From positions 1-45,276 of the forward strand of contig CAZNXX010000004.1 of the NCBI GenBank assembly GCA_964577095.1: a DNA stretch of 45,276 nucleotides, given 5' to 3'. The notes beneath the pieces are model-generated. The model did not search any database, was not told where the DNA came from, and saw only the letters and a list, made by a program, of their open reading frames with translations. Positions within the stretch are counted from its first letter, which is position 1, and each line of letters starts with the position of its first letter. The DNA comes from an uncultured bacterium. GTDB lineage: Bacteria > Zhuqueibacterota > QNDG01 > DTFT01. Both the position numbers and the translations under genes were made by a program. Below are positions 18,006 to 24,472 of the stretch, piece after piece.

Positions 18006-19823
18006 TCATTTGTAATTCCTCGCCTGCGTTTCGAACATCCTCGCATACTTGCCGCCTCTCCGGATCAGTTCGTCGTGGGAACCGTTCTCAAGAACGGACC
18101 CGTTCTCGATGACGACGATCCGGTCCGCCATGCGGACCGTTGAGAAACGGTGGCTGATGAGGAAGGCGGTCCGGTTCCGGGCCAGTTTGCGGAATCGCTG
18201 AAACACTTCGGTTTCGGACTTCGCGTCCAGGGAGCTGGTCGGCTCGTCCAGCACGAGAATCTGGCCGGACTTGAAGAACGCCCGCGCCAGGGCCATTTTC
18301 TGCCATTCTCCGACGCTCAACTCCTCGCCGTTTTCGAACCATTTGCCGAGCATGGTGTCGAGTCCGCGTGGCAACGTCTCGAGCGTGCGGTCCGCGCCGG
18401 CCTCGGCCGCGGCCGCCCGGAGGCGGTCATCGTCCTTCCGCGCCCGAACGTCGCCGAACCAGATATTCTCGCCCGCCGAAGCGTGATAGCGCGCGTAGTC
18501 CTGCAGAATCACGCTGATCTGCCGCCTGAGCCCGTCCGGGTCGAATTCCCGGAGCGGGATGCCGTCTATCGTAATTCGCCCCTGATCGGGATCGTACAGG
18601 CGGCACAGAAGCTTGACCAGTGTCGTTTTTCCGGCCCCGTTGTTCCCCACCAGGGCGACATGTTCCCCTGCCCCCACGGACAGGGACAGGCCTGAAAAAA
18701 CCTTCCGACGGCCTCCCGGGTAGCCGAAGGAGACCCTGTCGAAGCGGATGCCGGTCCGGATGGGTTCTGGAAAGGGCCGCGGCCGGGACGGAGGCCGGAT
18801 GCGCGGCCGGATGTCCAGAAATTCGTAAAAATTGGACAGGAAGAGATTGTCCTCGTACAGTCCCGCCAGTCCGGACAACAGCTGCTGCAGGTGGCCCTGC
18901 CCGCGCTGAAAGGCCTGGAAGTACATGAAGAGATCACCGACCGTGATGCTTCCCTGAACGGCACGGAAGGCGATGAAGGCATAGGAGCCGTAAATGGCCG
19001 CGGTGGCGCCGACCTGCGCAAGAAAATCGGAGAGAGAACGCCTCGCAGAAAGCGCCAGCCGCTCCCGCCGGAGAATCCCTCTCAGGCCGCGGAACCGCAC
19101 GCGGAACAGATCGCCCAGCCCGAAAAGACGGATTTCCTTCGCGTGCTGGTCGCCTGTCAGCATCCAGTGATGATACCAGGCCTTCCGTTCGGCATGCGTG
19201 TGTTCCCTCTGCCAGCGGAACAGGATTCTGGAAAACCGCATCCGGACGATGATGCCGGGTGTCACGGCCAAGAAGAGAACCGCTGCAACCGCCCAGTGTA
19301 AAGTGACCAGAAGCCCGGCCATGGCCGCCAGGGAGAGCCCGTTCATGCCGACTTGCGCCAGGCCGTTCACGATATGGGTGGGCCTGGACGGCGCCTCCTG
19401 CTGGGCCCGATGCAGGGTGTCGAAATATTTCGGATTTTCGTAATAGGCGAGATCGATTTCCACGGATTTTTCATGCAGGATATCGGAGATCCGGTCCGTG
19501 ACGATCATGGCCTGATTTTCCGCGATCAGGTCCGAAGCGGACCGGATCAGGGCCGAAGCGAGGGCGACCAGCCCGGTCCAGGCGAGAAGCGCAGCCACGC
19601 GGCCGAAAGCCGCGGACTTGTCCGAAGCCGCGATTCCGGCTACCACGGAATCGATCATGAGTTTCGTTAGATAGAGGGAGAGAAGCGGCAGGAGCCCCTG
19701 GACGGACAGCAGAAAGGCATTGGCGGCCGTCCATCCCCGGGCGATCCGCCAGACCAAAGCGAGCGCGCGGCCGAGACGGAGTGTGTAGCGGATCCGGGAT
19801 CGTGTGTGACGGTTTCGGGTCAT
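18006..19823 (-). CDS. ABC exporter, fused permease and ATPase (type-1 exporter half-transporter)
   Basis: 605 aa with six N-terminal TM segments, Walker A GNNGAGKTT, an atypical signature LSVGEWQK, and Walker B ILVLDEPTS. Confidence 0.9.
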   Translation of the reverse strand: MTRNRHTRSRIRYTLRLGRALALVWRIARGWTAANAFLLSVQGLLPLLSLYLTKLMIDSVVAGIAASDKSAAFGRVAALLAWTGLVALASALIRSASDLIAENQAMIVTDRISDILHEKSVEIDLAYYENPKYFDTLHRAQQEAPSRPTHIVNGLAQVGMNGLSLAAMAGLLVTLHWAVAAVLFLAVTPGIIVRMRFSRILFRWQREHTHAERKAWYHHWMLTGDQHAKEIRLFGLGDLFRVRFRGLRGILRRERLALSARRSLSDFLAQVGATAAIYGSYAFIAFRAVQGSITVGDLFMYFQAFQRGQGHLQQLLSGLAGLYEDNLFLSNFYEFLDIRPRIRPPSRPRPFPEPIRTGIRFDRVSFGYPGGRRKVFSGLSLSVGAGEHVALVGNNGAGKTTLVKLLCRLYDPDQGRITIDGIPLREFDPDGLRRQISVILQDYARYHASAGENIWFGDVRARKDDDRLRAAAAEAGADRTLETLPRGLDTMLGKWFENGEELSVGEWQKMALARAFFKSGQILVLDEPTSSLDAKSETEVFQRFRKLARNRTAFLISHRFSTVRMADRIVVIENGSVLENGSHDELIRRGGKYARMFETQARNYK

Positions 19824-19887
19824 CCGGTTCGGTGGGATGGATGATGGGTTCGGGTCTTTGGTCCGGATTGCGGGATGACCGACTCGC

Positions 19888-20196
19888 TCAACCGGTCTTC
19901 TGGACGGTCAGCAGGCGCCGCGCGGTCATTTCCCCGATGAATTCCATGATGTCGGCCCGCAGTGTCGAGGCTGGAACGTCGAACTCATCGGCGACAAGCG
20001 AGGCCACTTGTGAAAGTGTGCGCCGGCCGTCCAGCTTCAGCCAGATCGCGCGGGCCGTATCGTTCAGCGCGTAAAATTCCTCGTCCGCGTCGCCGGAATC
20101 CGAGAAGAGCGGAACGAGGATGACTTCTCCTTCGATTTCCCGGGCAGCCACTTCCTCGGACGGCAGGCACACCGCATTCATACTCAGGACGGCCAA
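19888..20196 (-). CDS. PqqD-family protein (RiPP recognition element-like peptide chaperone)
   Basis: 102 aa. EGEVILVPL...FYALNDTARAIWLKLDGRRTLSQVASLVADEFDV...DIMEFIGEMTARRLL matches the PqqD/RRE pattern. TTG start with GGAGGA 5 nt upstream. Confidence 0.8.
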   Translation of the reverse strand: MAVLSMNAVCLPSEEVAAREIEGEVILVPLFSDSGDADEEFYALNDTARAIWLKLDGRRTLSQVASLVADEFDVPASTLRADIMEFIGEMTARRLLTVQKTG

Positions 20197-20340
20197 CTCA
20201 GTCCTCCGCTGGAATCGGCGGGAAAAACCTCAAACGGCCGGTGGAAAACGCGGGCCCGGGTTCACTGCCGGACGTCTCTATTCGGATCGGGTGGGCCGGT
20301 TTGTTTTTACGGGGCCGTTTCGTCTGACCGGACGAATAAT

Positions 20341-20376
20341 GAAAAATTCCTCGTGGCGCTCAAAGGCGCCACGAGG
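20341..20376 (-). terminator. Rho-independent terminator of csp
   Basis: Perfect 11-bp stem CCTCGTGGCGC/GCGCCACGAGG (20349-20376) with a 6-nt loop, followed on the minus strand by AATTTTTC. Confidence 0.8.
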
Positions 20377-20400
20377 AATACTGCCGAGTACCCCAAACGA

Positions 20401-20613
20401 TTATTCCGGAATCACATTCGCCGCTTGCGGGCCCTTCTGGCCCTGGGTCACTTCCATCGTCACTTTCTGACCTTCCTTCAGCGACTTGAAGCCCTGGACC
20501 TGTATGGCTGAATGATGCACAAACACGTCCGGTCCGCCTTCCTGCTGGATGAAACCGAAACCCTTGGAGTCGTTGAACCACTTGACTGTTCCGCTGATTC
20601 TCTCGCCGCCCAT
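20401..20613 (-). CDS. csp: Cold-shock protein (CspA family)
   Basis: 70 aa with [15 protein letters not shown] (RNP1) and VFVHHSAI (RNP2). Confidence 0.97.
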   Translation of the reverse strand: MGGERISGTVKWFNDSKGFGFIQQEGGPDVFVHHSAIQVQGFKSLKEGQKVTMEVTQGQKGPQAANVIPE

Positions 20614-20642
20614 GCTTTCCTCTTTTTGTTTTGGTTTAACAA

Positions 20643-20663
20643 TGTTCCGGCGAACCGGTTAAA
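20643..20663 (-). promoter_or_regulatory. Recurrent motif site (plus strand TGTTCCGGCGAACCGGTTAAA) in the csp 5' region
   Basis: Nearly identical to 31509-31528. It contains the AACCGGTT palindrome and its GGTTC end lies 38 nt from the csp ATG. Confidence 0.35.
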
Positions 20664-20723
20664 CCGTCCGTCCGGATGATGAGTCTCCTGAATGAGAAGT
20701 TTACGCCTTCCGCATCCTCCTCG

Positions 20724-20876
20724 TTATTCCACGACCGGGAGGGTTCCGTCCGAGGGTTCGGTCGATTCCGCGGTTCCGGTTTTCTTCTCCATCTTTTTCA
20801 GCCGTTTCTCTTCCTTCTTCTTCTGTTTGGCCAGGTCCTTCTGCCGTTTCTCGAATTTATAATTGGGTTTGATCAC
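20724..20876 (-). CDS. Small Lys-rich hypothetical protein (50 aa; 61 aa if ATG 20909 is used)
   Basis: GTG 20876 is preceded by AAAAGGAG plus a 6-nt spacer. The sequence IKPNYKFEKRQKDLAKQKKKEEKRLKKMEKK has an acidic tail. No family recognised, and it could instead be part of a long csp leader. Confidence 0.45.
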   Translation of the reverse strand: MIKPNYKFEKRQKDLAKQKKKEEKRLKKMEKKTGTAESTEPSDGTLPVVE

Positions 20877-20942
20877 CAGTTGCTCCTTTTGGATGCTTTC
20901 CGAACCCATCCCCGATCTGGGTCAAAGGAACCAAATTATGTT

Positions 20943-20971
20943 AATATACTTCAAATTCTGCTCTTACACAA
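20943..20971 (-). promoter_or_regulatory. Candidate sigma70-type promoter for the small ORF-csp unit
   Basis: On the minus strand: TTGTGT, a 17-nt spacer, then TATATT. AT-rich surroundings. Confidence 0.35.
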
Positions 20972-21049
20972 GCAAAAACGGAACAGAGCAAAACTCCCGG
21001 AGAGAACGACCCCTTCCCGGAGCGACTGGTTTTTCGCGGCATTTGAAGA

Positions 21050-21310
21050 TCAATCCGGATCGGATTCCGAATTGCCGCTTCTCCCGGATCCCGGTGAAGA
21101 CCACCTGCGCCCGCATCTGCGGGAATGAGAGGGTTCAGCCTGGGAATCTTCAGGCCGAACTGTAACAGAATCCTCCTCGATCGGTTCAATATTTGACAGA
21201 TCACACGGTTCCATTAATTCATTGTTTTTATTTAATTTATTTGCAATTTTCATGTGGGATGAGTCTGCAAACGGAGTTCTTCGGCAGGCATCAAAAATCG
21301 TGGGTTTCAT
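21050..21310 (-). CDS. Questionable 86-aa ORF overlapping the upstream stop codon as ATGA
   Basis: The ATGA overlap with the 139-aa gene stop is the only support. Composition is very uneven and no family was recognised. The AT-rich middle may instead be intergenic. Confidence 0.2.
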   Translation of the reverse strand: MKPTIFDACRRTPFADSSHMKIANKLNKNNELMEPCDLSNIEPIEEDSVTVRPEDSQAEPSHSRRCGRRWSSPGSGRSGNSESDPD

Positions 21311-21726
21311 TCCATCCCGCCGAATCCGGAAAAATGCCTGTTTATTCTGGCCGACACTTGGCGGTCCGTCATTTTATCCGCGGTCTCAATGCTGACCACC
21401 TGCCCGCGAAAACGTTTACGCCGGAGACGTTTTTCGATTTCCCCCTTCGCCTCTCCCGGACCGAAGATCAGAACGGCTTCCGCGCCGCGAAAGGCCGAAA
21501 TGACTTCATCATAGTACTGGTTGAGATTGTTCGAAAACCGCCTGTCCCGGGTGGATTCGTACGAGCCCCGATAAGCTCCGTAGGGGGTTTTTGAATGATG
21601 GTCTCCTGAAAACCGGCCATTTTTCCCGGTGTTCGATAAAATCAGTTTTTTCTCTTCCCTGCCGTCGGTGACGATCACCAGAACAGCCTTCTGATGATCG
21701 ATCCACAAACCCGCTTGTTTTTTCAT
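21307..21726 (-). CDS. Small eRF1/Pelota-like (bacterial aeRF1, 'baeRF'-type) domain protein
   Basis: 139 aa. AVLIFGPGEAKGEIEKRL resembles the GPGxxK strand-loop of the eRF1/Pelota central domain. The N-terminus LWIDHQKAVLVIV is beta-strand-like. The family assignment is inferred, not searched. Confidence 0.6.
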   Translation of the reverse strand: MKKQAGLWIDHQKAVLVIVTDGREEKKLILSNTGKNGRFSGDHHSKTPYGAYRGSYESTRDRRFSNNLNQYYDEVISAFRGAEAVLIFGPGEAKGEIEKRLRRKRFRGQVVSIETADKMTDRQVSARINRHFSGFGGME

Positions 21727-21789
21727 GTGGTTCTCCTGTACGCATGATGATCCCCCTGAAAACCTTTTTACCGGATGCCCCGTTTCCGT

Positions 21790-23280
21790 TCAGTCTATGT
21801 GCAGTTCACAAATCCTGCGAAAGTGATATCCGTATACGGCCAATGTAACAGCCAGCGGAAACAGGTTCGGTCTTTTCCATAGGGCCCAGAATACGAGCTT
21901 CCAGTATTCAACCCGCTCCCTGCCCGCGATTCCCAGCCGTAAAACGGAACTCATGAACGCATACCCGTAATCCGCGGAACGTCGAAGGTTCAGAGGGGTT
22001 TTGATTTTTTTCGGACGGTATTCCTTTAAAAAAGTTTTTATCCGGCTGTAATAGATCTCGGGGGAATAGATATGGTTCATCAGGTTCCTGTAACCCGACT
22101 GCAGAACATCTATTTTCATCGAAGGAATGATATTCGTCGTTCCGTCCGCGTTGTCTCCGGATGTCTTATCCAGCAGGCGCCCTTCCGATTTCATGCGATC
22201 GTGCAGCCGGGTGCCCGGAATGGCCTGCAGAAGGCCGACCATCGCCGTTACGATTCCGCTATTCTGTATAAAATCGATGAGCCGCTGAAAGGTCGAAGCC
22301 GTATCGCTGTCGAAACCGACGATGAAGCCGCCCTGAACCTGCAGTCCCGCCCGTTGAATGCGCTTCACGTCCTCAACCAGATCGCGTTTCAGATTCTGGG
22401 TTTTGCCGCATTCCCTCAGACTGTTTTCATTGGGCGTCTCGATTCCGATGAAAACCGAATCGAATCCTGCGTCCGCCATCATGGCCGCGAGGGATCCGTC
22501 ATCCGCCAGGTTGATCGAAATCTCGGTATTGAACGGAAATCCTTTTTTGTTTTTCCGCCATCGGATCAGCGCGGGCAGAAGCCCGGCTTTGAGAAGCGCC
22601 TTGTTCCCGATCAGGTTGTCGTCCACGAAGAAGACGCTCCCCCGCCATTTTCGACCATGGAGGCTGTCCAGTTCGGCGATAATCTGGTTTGGTGTTTTGG
22701 TTCTGGGCCGGTGCCCCAGGAGCGAGGTGATGTTGCAAAAGTCGCATTGAAAGGGACAACCCCGCGAGAATTGCACGCTCATCGAGGCGTAATGGTTCAT
22801 ATCCGCCAGTTTCCACAGTGGAACCGGAGATTTCCGCATGTCCGCAAATTCGGAGCTCGAGTAAATCCGTTGCGCGTGTCCCCCGATGAAATCGGCCAGA
22901 AAAACCGGAAGCGTCACTTCGCCCTCGTTCAAAACGAAGTGATCGACGCTTTCGAACGCTTCGTGCTCCAGGGTGAAAAGAGGCCCGCCGGCGACAACCG
23001 GCAATCCCGCTGCCTTGCATCGATCGATGACCCGGCGCGCGGAATCCTTCTGAACCGCCATGCCGCTGATGAACACAAGGTCCGCCCAGTCCAGATCCTT
23101 CCGGGTGAGTCTTCTCACATTGAGATCGACCAGCCGTTTGGACCATCCCTCCGGAAGCATCGCCGCGACCGTCAAGAGTCCGAGCGGAGGCAACGAGGCC
23201 TTTTTCCGGATGAATGGCAGTGCGTGCTTGAAGCTCCAGAACGTGTCCGGAAACTCGGGGTAGATCAGAATCACATTCAT
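21790..23280 (-). CDS. B12-binding-domain radical SAM protein (class B, DUF4070-type C-terminus)
   Basis: N-terminal cobalamin-binding-like Rossmann region (VILIYPEF...DLVFISGMA), CPFQCDFC (CxxxCxxC), and a C-terminal helical region. ATG 23280 has AAGGAGGG upstream. The track ORF is extended to 23421. Confidence 0.88.
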   Translation of the reverse strand: MNVILIYPEFPDTFWSFKHALPFIRKKASLPPLGLLTVAAMLPEGWSKRLVDLNVRRLTRKDLDWADLVFISGMAVQKDSARRVIDRCKAAGLPVVAGGPLFTLEHEAFESVDHFVLNEGEVTLPVFLADFIGGHAQRIYSSSEFADMRKSPVPLWKLADMNHYASMSVQFSRGCPFQCDFCNITSLLGHRPRTKTPNQIIAELDSLHGRKWRGSVFFVDDNLIGNKALLKAGLLPALIRWRKNKKGFPFNTEISINLADDGSLAAMMADAGFDSVFIGIETPNENSLRECGKTQNLKRDLVEDVKRIQRAGLQVQGGFIVGFDSDTASTFQRLIDFIQNSGIVTAMVGLLQAIPGTRLHDRMKSEGRLLDKTSGDNADGTTNIIPSMKIDVLQSGYRNLMNHIYSPEIYYSRIKTFLKEYRPKKIKTPLNLRRSADYGYAFMSSVLRLGIAGRERVEYWKLVFWALWKRPNLFPLAVTLAVYGYHFRRICELHID

Positions 23281-23530
23281 GAAAACCCTCCTTTTCCGCA
23301 ACCGCACGTCTCCGCCGCGTTCCTTCACGGATGCCGTGCGGCTGAAATCGCATGCTCGGGGAAGGAGCGGAGCATCCGGAATCCGGCGCGGAAAATAAAA
23401 ACATCTCTCTTGTCGGAACAATCGTCCGATGGGACGAGCAAGGATCCGGCCGCCTGGGATGCCTTCCCATCTTCCCCGTGAACCGGCGTGTCAGATTCTT
23501 TCCGGTGCCGGCTGGATTCGGCGGGACGCG

Positions 23531-24472
23531 TCAACCATCGGGCTGAAGACGATCGAGCAGGGCGCGGACGCTTCCGGTGGCCAGGGCGACGCATGAATCC
23601 GCGGCGCCGTAATACAGGCGGAGTGTGTCACCGTCGCCGTCAATCGTGCAGCCGCACGGAAAAACCACATTGTCGACGTCTCCCATTCTTTCGTAAGGCT
23701 CCTCCGGACCGAATATCCACTCGTCGCTGCGCCGAATGCACCTTTCCGGATTCTCAAGATCAAACAACGCCAGACTGATCCGATAAATGCATCCGGCGGC
23801 CGTCTGCCGGACGCCGTGGTACAGGACCAGCCAGCCCTGAGGCGTCTCTATGGGCGGACAGGCCAGACCGATTTTATTCGCGTCCCACCAGGCCCCGCGC
23901 CGGGCTTCCAGCATCAGCTTATGATTCCCCCAGGACCGCAGGTCCGGAGAAAAAGAGATCCACATGTGAGCGATCGGAGCGTTGACCGGTCTGTGGATCA
24001 GGGCCCACTGCCCCTGAATTCTTCGGGGCAAAAGGGCGGCGTCCTTGTCTTCCGGCTGCATGATCAGCCCGCATCTCTCGAAGGTGATAAAATCGTCGGT
24101 GAGCGCCATGGCCACGCCCGGACCGTCGGTCGTGTAGGCGGTATAAACGACGGCGAACCTTCCCAGTTCGGGGACAAACGTGATGCGGGGATCCTCGATT
24201 CCCCAAAGCTCCTCCGGATACCGGCCGGGATCCGCCATCAGCGTGGGACGGTTGTCGATCCGCCAGCCGTCCACTCCGTTGACCGACCGTGCGGCGCAGA
24301 GATGTGAATGACCGGTGCGGTCTTCCACGCGGCAGAGGAGCAGGGTCGTTCCATCGGAGAGCCGGGCGGCGCCAGGGTTGAACACGCTGTTGACCGGATA
24401 CGGCCAATGCGCGGCGGTTAAAATCGGATTTTTTTCATTTCTGCAAAAAAGGTCGGAATGGGGATTGTTCAT
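23531..24472 (-). CDS. GH130-family beta-mannoside phosphorylase/glycosidase-like protein
   Basis: 313 aa. NPGAA...LLLCRVED, WGIEDPRITF, the LYHGV block and YYGAADS are typical of the GH130 five-bladed propeller. The ATG overlaps the upstream stop (ATGA at 24469-24472). Confidence 0.85.
   Translation of the reverse strand: MNNPHSDLFCRNEKNPILTAAHWPYPVNSVFNPGAARLSDGTTLLLCRVEDRTGHSHLCAARSVNGVDGWRIDNRPTLMADPGRYPEELWGIEDPRITFVPELGRFAVVYTAYTTDGPGVAMALTDDFITFERCGLIMQPEDKDAALLPRRIQGQWALIHRPVNAPIAHMWISFSPDLRSWGNHKLMLEARRGAWWDANKIGLACPPIETPQGWLVLYHGVRQTAAGCIYRISLALFDLENPERCIRRSDEWIFGPEEPYERMGDVDNVVFPCGCTIDGDGDTLRLYYGAADSCVALATGSVRALLDRLQPDG

Noticed and set aside
17378-18046. Over-extended track ORFs (17378-18046, 21790-23421, 28912-29625, 28522-28899, 37609-39135, 40563-42749, 42751-43008)
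   Set aside because: In each case an internal ATG with a strong Shine-Dalgarno and a proper signal peptide or family N-terminus exists. The extension either overlaps a neighbouring gene or runs through a terminator hairpin.
19888-23280. A complete RiPP cluster (PqqD + radical SAM + ABC exporter)
   Set aside because: The PqqD/ABC pair and the radical SAM gene are separated by csp with its own strong terminator and promoter-like region. No precursor, protease or cyclase was found. I therefore treat them as separate observations.
23470-23500. A third copy of the 27-nt repeat (GTCAGATTC at 23489-23497)
   Set aside because: Only a 9-10-nt core is shared and the flanking sequence differs. A 9-mer recurrence is compatible with chance in 90 kb of two-strand sequence.
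23281-23530. Possible cobalamin riboswitch in the 250-nt leader of the B12-binding radical SAM gene
   Set aside because: Reading the minus strand, I found a GGGAAG stretch. There was no B12-box-like GCCACTG core and no GGTGNAANTCC-type conserved segment. A cmscan search would be needed to be certain.
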